Origin: Terriglobia bacterium
GTDB taxonomy: Bacteria > Acidobacteriota > Terriglobia > 20CM-2-55-15
Assembly: GCA_965198225.1 (NCBI GenBank)
Contig: CBDAOY010000008.1
Span: 640,001 to 704,000, forward strand
Reading direction: 5' to 3'
Length of the DNA: 64,000 nucleotides
The position numbers and the translations under genes are program-made. Under the pieces are notes generated by a model, which was not told the origin of the DNA, made no database searches, and worked only from the letters and a program-made list of their open reading frames with translations. This document shows, in pieces, positions 40,134-53,461 of the stretch; position 1 is the first letter of the stretch, and each line of letters starts with the position of its first letter.

Positions 40134-40976
40134 ATGACTGATCGATCAAGGCCCGTGCGAGCACCGGATCTGGCGGCGATGAAACGCCGGGGCGAGAAGA
40201 TCACGATGCTGACCGCCTACGACGCGACGATGGCGCGGCTTCTGGATCGGGCCGGCATCGATGTCCTGCTCGTTGGCGATTCTCTCGGCATGGTCGTCAT
40301 GGGCCACGACACAACCGTTCCGGTGACACTGGACATGATGGTCCACCACACCACGGCGGTCGTCCGCGGCACGCACCGCGCGCTGGTTGTCGCGGACCTG
40401 CCGTTCCTGACCTACCAGGTCGACGAGGCCGAGACCCTGCGCAACGCCGGCCGGTTGATCCAGGAGGGCGGGGCATCGGCGGTCAAGATCGAAGGAGGAC
40501 ACCCCGTCGTAGAGCCCGCCAGACGTCTCCGGGACGCGGGAATCCCGGTCATGGGGCACCTGGGCCTGACTCCGCAGTCGGTCCACCAGTTCGGCGGTTT
40601 TCGCCCGCAGGCCCGGACACGTGAAGCCGGCGAACGCTTGATCGAAGACGCGATCGCGCTGGAAGCCGCCGGGGCGTTTGCGATCGTCCTGGAATCGATT
40701 CCTCCGGAGATCGCCGAGAAGGTGACGGTTGCGGTGGCCATTCCGACGATCGGGATCGGCGCAGGCCCGGACTGCGACGGACAGGTTTTGGTCAGCTACG
40801 ACATGCTGGGGTTGTTCGACGCCTTCGTCCCGTCTTTCGTCAAACAGTACGCCCGGCTCGCCGACACCGTCGTCGAGGCTGCGACGGCGTACGCCAGCGA
40901 TGTCCGCTCGGGCAGCTTTCCCGAGGCCCGCCACACACTCGCCCGCGCTCCCGCATCCCGCGACCACGAAACATGA
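40134..40976 (+). CDS. panB: Ketopantoate hydroxymethyltransferase
   Basis: MLTAYD, LVGDSLGM, VKIEGG, GHLGLTPQ. Confidence 0.97.
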   Translation: MTDRSRPVRAPDLAAMKRRGEKITMLTAYDATMARLLDRAGIDVLLVGDSLGMVVMGHDTTVPVTLDMMVHHTTAVVRGTHRALVVADLPFLTYQVDEAETLRNAGRLIQEGGASAVKIEGGHPVVEPARRLRDAGIPVMGHLGLTPQSVHQFGGFRPQARTREAGERLIEDAIALEAAGAFAIVLESIPPEIAEKVTVAVAIPTIGIGAGPDCDGQVLVSYDMLGLFDAFVPSFVKQYARLADTVVEAATAYASDVRSGSFPEARHTLARAPASRDHET

Positions 40977-41854
40977 AACTCGAGGCGATCCAGAGCGTCG
41001 ACCAGCTTCGCGGGCAACTCGATGAGCTTCGACGGGATGGAAAGTCCATCGGTCTGGTTCCGACGATGGGCGCCCTGCATGCCGGCCACGGCCGCCTGAT
41101 CGATCGGGCGCGCGGCGACTGCGACGTCGTCGCCGTCAGTGTTTTTGTGAACCCCCTGCAGTTTGGTCCCACCGAAGACATCGATCGGTACCCGAGAGAT
41201 CTGGCCGAGGATTTGCTGTTCTGCGAGGTGCGGGGTGTCGATCTGGTGTTCGCGCCTTCCGAAGAAGAGATCTATCCCGATCCCCAGCGCATGTTCGTCC
41301 AGGTCGGCCCGGAAGGCGATCTGATGTGCGGCGTGGCGCGGCCTGACCACTTCCGCGGCGTAGCGACGGTCGTGCTCAAGCTGCTCAACATCCTCGGGCC
41401 CGATCGGGCTTACTTCGGTGAGAAGGACTTTCAGCAGCTCGTGATCCTCCGGCGCATGGCGAAGGCTTTCAACCTGCGGACCGACATCGTCCCCGTCGAG
41501 ACCGAGCGCGAGGCGGACGGTCTGGCCACCAGTTCCCGTAACGCCTACCTGGACCCGGAAGAACGGCAGGCCGCCGGCGTTGTTTACCGCGCGCTGCGGG
41601 TGGCGCGCCAGCGCATCGCAGACGGCAACGGAGATCCTTCCGCCGCAAGAGAAGCTGCCCTGACGGTTCTCGGCCTGGAACCGGCCGCTCGGGTCGAGTA
41701 CCTGGAGATTGTCGATCCGGTCAACCTGCAACCGGTGAAATCGATTTCCGGCTGCGTCCGCGCCATGGGAGCTGTTTGGATCGGAAAGACGCGTTTGATT
41801 GACAACATTCTTTGCGAACCACCGAAAAGGATGCGAGCTCGGAAGGCAAGGTAG
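40973..41854 (+). CDS. panC: Pantoate-beta-alanine ligase
   Basis: VPTMGALHAGH, FGEKDFQQ, SSRN, RLIDN. Confidence 0.97.
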   Translation: MKLEAIQSVDQLRGQLDELRRDGKSIGLVPTMGALHAGHGRLIDRARGDCDVVAVSVFVNPLQFGPTEDIDRYPRDLAEDLLFCEVRGVDLVFAPSEEEIYPDPQRMFVQVGPEGDLMCGVARPDHFRGVATVVLKLLNILGPDRAYFGEKDFQQLVILRRMAKAFNLRTDIVPVETEREADGLATSSRNAYLDPEERQAAGVVYRALRVARQRIADGNGDPSAAREAALTVLGLEPAARVEYLEIVDPVNLQPVKSISGCVRAMGAVWIGKTRLIDNILCEPPKRMRARKAR

Positions 41855-41932
41855 CGGGCCCGGTGGGCTGCCTTTCCGCTCACATTTCGTCAACTGAAGC
41901 TGTGTTACGATAGGCGGCTTCGTGGGGAACCA

Positions 41933-42766
41933 ATGGGAAAGCGGAAAATCCGAGTCGCTCATAGTCCGGACTCTGACGACGCGTTCATGTTCTATGCTCT
42001 GGCTACCCGCAAGATCGACACCGGAGACCTCTCTTACAAACACACCCTGAGCGACATCGAGACGCTCAACCGCAAAGCAATGGACGGCGAGTTCGAGGTG
42101 TCGGCAATTTCGTTTCACGCCTACGCGCACCTGGCCGATAAATACGCGCTGCTTTCCTGCGGAGGAAGCGTCGGTCGGAACTACGGGCCGGTCGTGGTTT
42201 CTCCGAAGCCCCTGCGTCGGGACCGGCTGTCGCGCAAGAGGGTGGCCGTACCCGGGGAACTCACGACTGCGTTTCTGGTACTGCGTCTGTTCAATCCGGA
42301 CATCGAATGTGAAGTTGTGCCGTTCGATCAGATCCAGGAAGAACTGACCCGCGGAGAGTTCGACGTCGGTCTTCTCATACATGAAGGACAGCTCAGCTAT
42401 CGGGAAGAAGGGTTTTACAAGGTAGTCGACCTCGGGGAATGGTGGCTCCAGCAGACCGGCCTGCCGCTGCCGCTCGGAGGCAATATCATCCGTAGAGACC
42501 TGGGAACGACGCTGATGAAGCAGGTTTCCGGGCACATCGGCGAGAGCATCCGCTACGGGCTGGAGCACCGGCAGGAGGCCATGGAGTACGCACTGGAGTT
42601 CGCTCGTGGTCTGGACGAACAGCGCGCGGACCGCTTCGTAGGCATGTACGTCAACGAGCTGACGCTCGACTACGGAGTGGAGGGAAGAAAAGCCATACGC
42701 AAGCTCTTCAGCGAAGCGCACAAGAAAGGCTTGATTCCCAAACCGAAAAAGCTGACGTTTGTGTAA
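41933..42766 (+). CDS. mqnD: 1,4-dihydroxy-6-naphthoate synthase (futalosine pathway)
   Basis: HSPDSDDAFMF, DIETLN, LIHEG, LPLPLG, MYVN. Confidence 0.9.
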   Translation: MGKRKIRVAHSPDSDDAFMFYALATRKIDTGDLSYKHTLSDIETLNRKAMDGEFEVSAISFHAYAHLADKYALLSCGGSVGRNYGPVVVSPKPLRRDRLSRKRVAVPGELTTAFLVLRLFNPDIECEVVPFDQIQEELTRGEFDVGLLIHEGQLSYREEGFYKVVDLGEWWLQQTGLPLPLGGNIIRRDLGTTLMKQVSGHIGESIRYGLEHRQEAMEYALEFARGLDEQRADRFVGMYVNELTLDYGVEGRKAIRKLFSEAHKKGLIPKPKKLTFV

Positions 42767-42770
42767 AGAA

Positions 42771-42805
42771 GTGACAGGTGACGAGTGACAAGTGAGGAGT
42801 CAGAA
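42771..42805. repeat. Degenerate heptamer tandem repeat
   Basis: gtgacag gtgacga gtgacaa gtgagga gtcagaa. Confidence 0.7.
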
Positions 42806-42889
42806 TCGCGGCACGACGATGCTGTGTAGGTGCGGTCTATGACCGCACACCGCTTCGGATTGCTTGAGTGGACGCGATCATGGAGCGCC

Positions 42890-43375
42890 GTGGACGAAGA
42901 AACCCGGAAACAACAGGCCGAGGATCTCTTTCAACAGGCCTACCAGCACCAGTCTAACGGCGAGCTGGAAGAAGCCGTCCGTCTCTACCGACAGTCCATC
43001 GCTCTCTTTCCCACCGCCGAGGCGCACACGTTTCTGGGCTGGACGTACTCTCACATGAGCCGGCTCGATGACGCGATCGAGGAATGTCGCAAGGCGATCG
43101 AGCTCGATCCGGACTTCGGCAACCCCTATAACGACATCGGCGCCTACCTTATGCAGAAAGGGGAAATCGACGAGGCGATTCCCTGGTTTGAACAAGCGCT
43201 CCATGCCAGCCGCTACGAGAGCTACTGTTTCCCTCACATGAATCTCGGGCGCGCCTACGAGCACAAACGACTCTGGCTGCGCGCGTTGGCTTCCTACCGC
43301 CGAGCGATCGCGGAAAAGCCCGACTACAACCCCGCCTTGGAGGGAATCGCCCGCATTCGCGGATACCTCAACTAG
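42890..43375 (+). CDS. Tetratricopeptide repeat protein
   Basis: AEAHTFLG..AIELDPDFGNPYNDIG repeats. Confidence 0.9.
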   Translation: MDEETRKQQAEDLFQQAYQHQSNGELEEAVRLYRQSIALFPTAEAHTFLGWTYSHMSRLDDAIEECRKAIELDPDFGNPYNDIGAYLMQKGEIDEAIPWFEQALHASRYESYCFPHMNLGRAYEHKRLWLRALASYRRAIAEKPDYNPALEGIARIRGYLN

Positions 43376-43425
43376 TTTTCTCGCAACGTCCCGAATGGCG
43401 AGGTCTGAACCACGAAAGCACCAAA

Positions 43426-43472
43426 TCCGTAGATGTTGGGTAGTCGGCAATTCAGTCCACAACATTTAGTGG
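43426..43472 (+). promoter_or_regulatory. Tandem NrdR boxes
   Basis: tccgtagatgttgggt (43426) and ccacaacatttagtgg (43457), 31 bp apart, upstream of an RNR gene. Confidence 0.75.
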
Positions 43473-43580
43473 TTTGGGGTGGACCAGAGTTGTCCCTCCC
43501 TCGGCTGAAAGTGGGGAGCGCATTGAACGCGGCAACCTAGCAACCGACGGCAATAGGCGATAACCTTGGAGGGGAACGAG

Positions 43581-46316
<2,736 letters not shown>

Positions 46317-46399
46317 CGGTTCGCTGGACCAGGCAGTAGCGGATGTCGAAACATTCGGATCTGAAAAAGTAGTTCCCAGTTCCTGAAATGTGCGGTATT

Positions 46400-46433
46400 G
46401 AGAGGGCGCTCCTTTTGGAGCGCCCTTTCTGTT
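46400..46433 (+). terminator. Rho-independent terminator
   Basis: gagagggcgctcc-tttt-ggagcgccctttc followed by tgtt. Confidence 0.7.
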
Positions 46434-46503
46434 GACGGTACGGTATGTGTCTTGCCGTAACGGCCGGTAACGGGCGGCGACAACAACACCAGAGAGGTTC
46501 TAG

Positions 46504-47214
46504 ATGGCACCGGAATCAAAGCCCGGAAGCGGGCGGTCGAGCAAATACGTCTTCAATCCACTGGAGTTCGAACGAATCCCACCCGAAGAGGGGAAGCAGC
46601 GGGTCGCGGCGCTGTACGACACGTTGCGGCACCGGCGTAGCGTTCGGGACTTTTCCTCCGACCCGGTGCCTCTGGAACTCGTCCGGGAGTGCGTTCGGGT
46701 CGGCGGTACTGCGCCGTCGGGTGCAAACATCCAGCCCTGGCATTTCGTGATCGTTTCCGACCCTGAGACCAAGCGCCAGATCCGACTGGCCGCCGAGAAG
46801 GAAGAGCGTGAAAACTACGATCGGCGTTTTCCGAAAGAGTGGTTAGAAGCGCTCGCCCCCCTCGGCACCGACTGGCACAAGGAGTTCCTGGAGATCGTTC
46901 CGCACCTTATCGTCGTATTTCGGATCGACTATGGCGTCGGAGAGAGCGCCGAGGAGCGGGCGTTCAAGAAGAAACACTATTATGTGATGGAGTCGGTCGG
47001 TATTGCCGTCGGAATGCTGCTTACAGCAATTCACGCCGCCGGTCTGGTCACGCTCACACACACTCCAAGCCCGATGGGTTTCCTGCGCGACATCCTTAGT
47101 CGCCCGAAGAACGAAACCCCGTTCGTGCTCCTCCCGATCGGGTACCCTGCGAAGGATGCCGAGGTTCCCGACCTCCGGAAGAAACCCCTCGAAGAAATCT
47201 GCATCGTGAAGTAA
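46504..47214 (+). CDS. Nitroreductase-family, iodotyrosine deiodinase-like
   Basis: RRSVRDF, APSGANIQPW, EKEERENY, WHKEFLE, LTHTP. Confidence 0.85.
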   Translation: MAPESKPGSGRSSKYVFNPLEFERIPPEEGKQRVAALYDTLRHRRSVRDFSSDPVPLELVRECVRVGGTAPSGANIQPWHFVIVSDPETKRQIRLAAEKEERENYDRRFPKEWLEALAPLGTDWHKEFLEIVPHLIVVFRIDYGVGESAEERAFKKKHYYVMESVGIAVGMLLTAIHAAGLVTLTHTPSPMGFLRDILSRPKNETPFVLLPIGYPAKDAEVPDLRKKPLEEICIVK

Positions 47215-47278
47215 GGCGGGCTACTGGACGCTCTCCGGGCGGCCCGGGCCTTGTCCGGCCATGTTAGGCTGTAAAGCC

Positions 47279-48676
47279 ATGATTGTGATGAAGTTTGGCG
47301 GGACTTCGATGGGTTCCGTCGACAGCATGAAAACCGCCGCGGAGGTCGTGCGTTCCTCCACCTCGTCTCATCCCGTCGTCGTGCTCTCGGCGATGGGGGG
47401 CGTGACCGACATGCTGCTCGACGCCGGCGAGCGGGCGATCGCGGGCGCCGAGGACGAACTCGGCGCCATCCTGTCGGAGGTCCGGACGAAGCACGACACC
47501 GCGATTTCGGAACTGATTCCCGACGAGCAGCGGGCGGCAGCCCTCCAGGTCCGCCTGGAGCCGATCTGGGAAGAGATGCAGAAGGTGTTCATCGGTGTCC
47601 TGCTTCTGCGCGAGTTGAGTACCCGATCCAGGGATCTTATCGGCTCGTTCGGGGAACGCCTGATCGTGCCTATTCTCGCTGAGTACCTGAGCCAGAAGGG
47701 CGACCTGGCGGAGGCGATAGACGCGCGCGGGTTCATCGTCACGAAAGAGGAAGCGGACTTTGCGTTGGTTGATTTTCCCGAGACCAAGAAGCGTTGCCTG
47801 AAGTTGAAGGAAATCGCGGACGATGGGCGTGTCCCGATCCTTACCGGCTTCATCTGCGCCACGCCGGAGGGAGTGACGACGACGCTCGGGAGGGGCGGAT
47901 CCGACTATTCGGCCTCGATCGTCGGCCACTGTGTCGAGGCCGATGAGATCCAGATATGGACCGACGTCGACGGAGTGATGACCGCCGATCCCCGGATGGT
48001 GCCCTCCGCTCAGGCCCTCCGCCAGATTTCATACAGGGAAGCGGCCGAGATGTCGTACTTCGGCGCGAAGGTTCTCCATCCGAAGATGATCATGCCCGCC
48101 GCGGACCTGAACATTCCGATTCACATCAAGAACACGTTCAACCCGAAGGGTGCGGGCACCCTGATCACGAATGAAACGCCCAAGATTCACCATGGCGTGA
48201 AAACTGTGACCTCGATCACCGGTGTCTCGCTCGTGTCGATCGAGGGTCGGGGGATGATCGGAATCCCAGGCACGGCCCAGCGGGTCTTCGCGACGATCGC
48301 ACGTCAGAAGATCAACGTCCTGATGTTCTCACAGGGATCGTCCGAGCAGCACATTTCGCTCGTCGTGGGCCGCCAGGATGGAGCGAGCACCGTCCGGGCG
48401 CTCGAGCGCGAATTCGAACCGGAGATCGAAAAGCGGCAGGTTGACCGGATCGCCAGCGTCTCCGACATCGCAATTATCGCCCTGGTTGGAGAAGGCATGA
48501 AGGCCATCCCGGGAATCGCCGCCCGGACCTTCGGCGTGCTCGGCGGAACGGCGATGAACATCCTGATGATCGCGCAGGGTTCCTCCGAACTGAACCTGTC
48601 GTTCGTCGTCGAGCAGAAAGATGCGCCGCTGGCGGTTCAGCTTATTCACGACGCGTTCGAGCTGCATTCCGTTTGA
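47279..48676 (+). CDS. lysC: Aspartate kinase with two ACT domains
   Basis: MKFGGTS, LGRGGSDYSA, WTDVDG, FGAKVLHP. Confidence 0.93.
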   Translation: MIVMKFGGTSMGSVDSMKTAAEVVRSSTSSHPVVVLSAMGGVTDMLLDAGERAIAGAEDELGAILSEVRTKHDTAISELIPDEQRAAALQVRLEPIWEEMQKVFIGVLLLRELSTRSRDLIGSFGERLIVPILAEYLSQKGDLAEAIDARGFIVTKEEADFALVDFPETKKRCLKLKEIADDGRVPILTGFICATPEGVTTTLGRGGSDYSASIVGHCVEADEIQIWTDVDGVMTADPRMVPSAQALRQISYREAAEMSYFGAKVLHPKMIMPAADLNIPIHIKNTFNPKGAGTLITNETPKIHHGVKTVTSITGVSLVSIEGRGMIGIPGTAQRVFATIARQKINVLMFSQGSSEQHISLVVGRQDGASTVRALEREFEPEIEKRQVDRIASVSDIAIIALVGEGMKAIPGIAARTFGVLGGTAMNILMIAQGSSELNLSFVVEQKDAPLAVQLIHDAFELHSV

Positions 48677-48713
48677 CCGACCCGGCAGCGTTGCTGCCGG
48701 GTCGGTCAAACGG
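48669..48713. repeat. 21-bp perfect hairpin spanning the lysC stop codon
   Basis: ccgtttgaccgacccggcagc-gtt-gctgccgggtcggtcaaacgg. Confidence 0.9.
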
Positions 48714-48714
48714 C

Positions 48715-49345
48715 CGTAGGCCGTTGCGCGTAGGCCGTTGGGCGGCTCATTTGGCGTTGCGTTCGATTTGAGCTCAACCCTGCGTTTCTCGAGTAGGCCC
48801 TTGTGGCGGCTCATGTCGTCATGAGGTAGGCTTGAGTCTGCCCTTGCCTTTTTCTGATCCTATTCCCCGTGAACGACTGCAAGTCGAAGAACTTCCGAGA
48901 CCTCCGCGTGTGGCAGAAGTCGCTGGAGCTGACAAAACGTGTCTACGAACTCACTGGTAGGTTTCCCACACAAGAGAAATTCGGCCTCGTAACGCAGCTA
49001 CGGCGAGCGGCGGTCTCGGTTCCCTCCAATATCGCCGAGGGCCAAGCGCGACGTAAGAACCGCGAGTTTGTCCAGTTTGTTTCGTACGCTCAAGGATCCG
49101 TCGCCGAAATCGAGACACAGCTTGTCCTCAGCGTCGAACTGGGGTTTTGTCGCGCGGAAGATGCGGCCCTCGCCCTTGATGCGGTAGTGCAAATAAAGAG
49201 GATGCTGACCGGGCTGAGGCGCGAGTTGTCCAAGAACAATTTCCGCAAGTGACCACCGCGAATGGGCTGCTCGATAAGCTAGGTCGAGCAGAAGCCAGCG
49301 CACAGCCAAATGTGCCGCCCAACGGCCTACGCGCAACGGCCTACG
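48715..49345. repeat. ~100-bp inverted repeat pair enclosing the four-helix-bundle gene
   Basis: 48715-48814 vs 49249-49345; outer 41 bp match 40/41. Confidence 0.88.
48869..49252 (+). CDS. Four-helix-bundle protein (23S rRNA IVP/S23-like)
   Basis: FRDLRVWQK, FPTQEKFGLVTQLRRAAVSVPSNIAEG, GSVAEIETQL. Confidence 0.93.
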   Translation: MNDCKSKNFRDLRVWQKSLELTKRVYELTGRFPTQEKFGLVTQLRRAAVSVPSNIAEGQARRKNREFVQFVSYAQGSVAEIETQLVLSVELGFCRAEDAALALDAVVQIKRMLTGLRRELSKNNFRK

Positions 49346-49382
49346 ATTCCCAGGCAAGGGCCTACGATCCCCACACAACGGT

Positions 49383-51000
49383 CTACTCATCCTCCTTCTT
49401 CGCATCTTCCAGCCCGAAGACGAGGCCTCGACGGTAGGCTTCCAGCTCGGAGCGTTCGACGTTCTTCCGAATGACGGTCGACAGGTTGGAACCGGGATCG
49501 TCGATGAAGGCGGTGATTTCGGCGATCTGCTCGTCAACTTGCGCGATCTCTTCAGTAGCATCTGACGTGGCGGACCCCGGAGGGGCCGCGGCCGCCCCCG
49601 TGTGCAGCTTCTGTTCGAGCTGTTCCTTCTGGAAAGTGAGCTCCTTGAGTTTCCACTCGTACTCGAGGGTCAGTTTTTCCCGGAGTTCCGATTCCACTGC
49701 TTCGCGGTCGAACTGGGCCGCCTTCTCCTTTTCGGAGAGCCTCGATTCGAAGGACGACTTTTCTTCGGCCCACTTCCGGGTCACGCTCGTCAGCTTTTCG
49801 TGGAGCGCCGTCTTCTCGCGCTCGGATTCTTCCAGCCGGGCCAGAAGCTCTTCACGAAAGGGCATCGAGTTCCGCGCGATCGATCTTGGCGTCGCCTTCC
49901 GCGAGTTTGCGGTTCATGTCCTCGATCGTGGAGCCCATCCGTTGTCGTTCTGTGTGCCACTCGGCGGTAGCGGATTCCATCCTCTCGACCGCTTCCGACC
50001 GCGATGCCTCGGCGGCTTTGATCCTTCCCTCCAGCTCCGCTCTCAGGGCCGTGAGCTCCGACGAGTCGATCTTGGACTTGCCGGTGGACAATGACTCTTC
50101 CAGGTGCTTCAATTTTTCGTTGGTGTCCTCGCGTTCGGCATCCGACCGCCGCTTCTCTGCCGCGAGCTGCTCCCCGGCCGCCTTCAAACGCTTTGCCTCT
50201 ACGGCGATTTGAGATTCGAGTTCTACGACCTGGGTCCCGAGCGCGTCGCGTTCGACCTGAAGACCTTTCTGCTCGGCTTGAAGCCTGTCGATTTCCTTCC
50301 GTTGGTCCGGAGACCGGGTCGCGGGTCCTGCGGCTTCGGCGGCGCCCCCGGGCTTCTTCAGCCGCGAAATCTCCAGGTGCAGTCGACCTCGCTCGCGATC
50401 CCACTCCTGCTCAGCCTCTCTGAGTTTCTCGCCAGACTCCGTTTCGACCTGGCGCGCACGCGCCTCCAGCTCAGCCTGGTATTTCGACTCCAGTCGGTCG
50501 GTGGATCTTGTGGGATTTGCGGACCGTTCCAGCGTTTCTATAACCTGTGACTCGAGCTTGGACAACTTTCCGTGCAGCTCTTGGCGCTCCGTCTCCCACC
50601 GCGCCCTGGCTTCCCGGAGTTCCCGTTCGGCTTGGTGGCTGCTTTTTTCGGCCTCTTCGACCTGGGCCTGCATCTCGCCCGAGGATTCGGCCGGTCGGGC
50701 CCGGCGGGCGTCGCTGCGGGCCTTCTGGACGGACTGTTCGAGCTGGTCGATTTCGGAGTTGAGTCTTCTGCGTTCGCCGCGCCAGCGTTCGGAAGCGTCC
50801 TCGAAATCTTCTTCGAGCTTGGCCTTCTGACGTTTCGACTCGCGCAGCTTGATGGCGAACTCGTCCTGGACCTCTTCAGTGACCTTGACCCGAGTCACTT
50901 CTTTCGCCTCGATCAGCGCGGCCTCCAGCCTGCGGATCTCAGCGTTGAGTCGTTTCCGTTCGGTCTGCCAATCGGCGTCTGTTTGAATCTCTTCTTCCAT
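49383..51000 (-). CDS. Long coiled-coil protein split by a probable frameshift at ~49857
   Basis: E/R/K-rich heptads with recurring WxxER in both ORFs (49852-51000, 49383-49865); removing one T gives ELDALREELL. Confidence 0.65.
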
Positions 51001-51233
51001 CTGGCCCAGGCCTGCAGACGCCTACTCGAACCCAGTTGTTTGAGAGGGTGTTGTCCCGGTTGATGTGCCGGCGCCCTTTCCAACATGCCCCACCTGGAGG
51101 GCGATAACCTGTCGAGATTCGAGCTCCCCGTCCGCGGCAATGGTAGATAATAACGCAGTTCCGAACGTGGCCGAAGGGCCGCTTGAGGGCGTTCCGGGTG
51201 GAGTCGGGATTTGCCGGCGGGAGGAGAGTGAAC

Positions 51234-51641
51234 GTGGCGGGTTATTCGGGAACACCGCTGATCCGGAAGCTGGGGATCAAACCGGGCTTTCGAGTCGTTT
51301 TCTTGAACGCCCCGGATAGATATCGCGAGCAGCTTGGTGATCTTCCCGAAGATGTTCAATCCAGCCAGCGTCTGGGGAAAGGGGCCGACTTCGTGCACTT
51401 CTTCACGGACAGTCGTGCTGCGCTGGAGAGACGGTTTCCGGCCCTGAAACGGGGAATCGGTCCGACCGGTATGCTGTGGGTCTCCTGGCCGAAGCGGTCG
51501 TCGGGCGTGGCAACCGACCTGGACGGCAACATCGTTCGAGAAATAGGGCTGCGCGGAGGATTGGTGGATGTCAAGGTCTGTGCCGTGGACGATGTCTGGT
51601 CCGGGCTCAAGTTCGTCTACCGGCTTGGAGACCGACGGTGA
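51234..51641 (+). CDS. DUF3052-like protein
   Basis: [41 protein letters not shown]. Confidence 0.85.
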   Translation: MAGYSGTPLIRKLGIKPGFRVVFLNAPDRYREQLGDLPEDVQSSQRLGKGADFVHFFTDSRAALERRFPALKRGIGPTGMLWVSWPKRSSGVATDLDGNIVREIGLRGGLVDVKVCAVDDVWSGLKFVYRLGDRR

Positions 51642-51664
51642 CCTCGAAGAAAAAGGAGGACTCG

Positions 51665-53344
51665 ATGGGGAGGCTCGCAGCGAACGAGAGATCGCCCCGA
51701 CAAACCATAGTTTCAGGCGCTCTGCTGCTTTTCGGCTTATTCTTTCCAGCGATGGCGCACTCCCAGGAACCGCCACCCAGGACGCGGGCGGAAGCTACCG
51801 GGTACGAAGAAACAACCCGCTACGACGAGGTCGTCACTTTCATCGACGACCTCCGGCGTGGAAGCCGCCTGGTTCACGTGGAATCGTTCGGCGAGACGGT
51901 GGAAGGGCGTTCGATGCCGTTCGTGGTGCTGGCGGACCCCCCGATCACACAGCCCAGTGAGCTCGAGGGATCCGGTAAGCCGGCCGTCTTCGTGATGGCC
52001 AACATCCACGGGGGTGAGGTCGAGGGGAAGGAGGCCCTCTTGCAGCTGGCCCGCCGGATCGTGACCGGCGAGTTGGAGGCCCTGCTCGAAGACATCGTGA
52101 TCCTGATGGCGCCCGTCTACAACGCCGACGGGAACGAACGGATCAGCCCGGAGAACCGGGCCCGGCAAAACGGCCCGATCGGAGGCGTCGGCACGCGCGT
52201 GAACGCTATGGGGCTCGATCTGAACCGCGACTACATGAAGATGGAGTCGCCCGAGGCACGAGGTTTGATCGGTCTCTTCAACCGCTGGGACCCCCACGTC
52301 ATCGTCGACCTGCATACGACGAACGGATCCCGCCACGGATACCACCTCACCTATTCGCCTCCCCTTAACCCGAATGCCGATGCCGATCTGATTGCCTACG
52401 AACGCGAGGAGATGCTCCCGTCGATTACCGGGAATCTCCTCGAGCGGCACGAGGTTCGCGCCTACTACTACGGCAATTTCGCTGCACCTCCGGGCAGCGA
52501 AGCCGAACCAGCCCCGGGGAACCGGGTCTGGCAGACCTTCGACCACCGGCCCAGGTTCGGCAACAGCTACGGCGGCCTCCGGAATCGGATTTCGATTCTT
52601 TCCGAAGCTTACAGTTACGTGGACTTCCGTGGACGGGTGGAAGCTACGGCTGCGTTTGTCGAGGAGATACTGCGTTACTCGGCGTTGCACGCCGGGGAGA
52701 TCGTCGAGCTGACCCAGCGGCTGGACGACGAGGCCACCGAGAGGGGACTGGTGAACGGGAGTGAGTTGGGCGTGCGGTTCGGCTTCGAAGCCGCGCGGGA
52801 TCCGGTCGACATCCTCGTGGCCGAGGTCCGGACAGTGACCAATCCGAGGTCCGGGGCGCAAATGACGGCCGTCATCCCGGACCGGTACGTCGCCGAGTCC
52901 ATGATCGAATACGGGACGTTCCGTCCGACCCGATTCGCGCCACTTCCAACAGCCTATGTTTTTGCGCCGGAGCCAGGGCTGGAGAGGACGCTCGACCGGC
53001 TGCAGGCCCACGGCATCACCGTCGAGGAAGCTCGGGAAGAGTTCACCCTCGAAGTCGATCTGTTTACGATCGAACGTGTCAGCCGGGCTCGCCGGGAATT
53101 TCAAGGCCACCGGGAGACGCTGCTGGACGGCGAGTTCACCAGCGAGACACGGACATTCCCTCGGGGCGCGATAGTCGTTCGAACAGCCCAGCCCCTGGCC
53201 GCGCTCGCCTTTTACCTGCTCGAGCCCGAAAGCGACGACGGCCTGGCCAACTGGAACTTCCTCGAGGACTACCTGGAAGGGAACCAGTACCCGATCTACA
53301 AGGTCACGGGCGAACTGCGGGTTGCCACCCGGATTCTTCGCTGA
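51665..53344 (+). CDS. Secreted M14-family zinc carboxypeptidase
   Basis: Signal peptide, NIHGGE, YNADG, DLNRD, VDLHT. Confidence 0.9.
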   Translation: MGRLAANERSPRQTIVSGALLLFGLFFPAMAHSQEPPPRTRAEATGYEETTRYDEVVTFIDDLRRGSRLVHVESFGETVEGRSMPFVVLADPPITQPSELEGSGKPAVFVMANIHGGEVEGKEALLQLARRIVTGELEALLEDIVILMAPVYNADGNERISPENRARQNGPIGGVGTRVNAMGLDLNRDYMKMESPEARGLIGLFNRWDPHVIVDLHTTNGSRHGYHLTYSPPLNPNADADLIAYEREEMLPSITGNLLERHEVRAYYYGNFAAPPGSEAEPAPGNRVWQTFDHRPRFGNSYGGLRNRISILSEAYSYVDFRGRVEATAAFVEEILRYSALHAGEIVELTQRLDDEATERGLVNGSELGVRFGFEAARDPVDILVAEVRTVTNPRSGAQMTAVIPDRYVAESMIEYGTFRPTRFAPLPTAYVFAPEPGLERTLDRLQAHGITVEEAREEFTLEVDLFTIERVSRARREFQGHRETLLDGEFTSETRTFPRGAIVVRTAQPLAALAFYLLEPESDDGLANWNFLEDYLEGNQYPIYKVTGELRVATRILR

Positions 53345-53368
53345 GCGAGTCCAGCCAGCAACCCGCAT

Positions 53369-53461
53369 TTGGAGATTTCGTCATTCGAGATTCGAAACCG
53401 AAGATTGTTCGAACCGTCCCCCAATTTCAAATCTCGAATCTGCAATCTCGAATTTCCAATC
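53369..53461. repeat. Inverted heptamer-repeat tracts between convergent genes
   Basis: (gagattc)-type left tract; aatttca aatctcg aatctgc aatctcg aatttcc right tract. Confidence 0.7.

Noticed and set aside
40796-42721. Long antisense ORFs (also 15044-16585, 19474-20967, 33306-34715, 51737-53368)
   Set aside because: Shadows of well-supported opposite-strand genes in GC-rich DNA.
48869-49252. DGR accessory gene avd
   Set aside because: No reverse transcriptase or TR/VR pair in the window.
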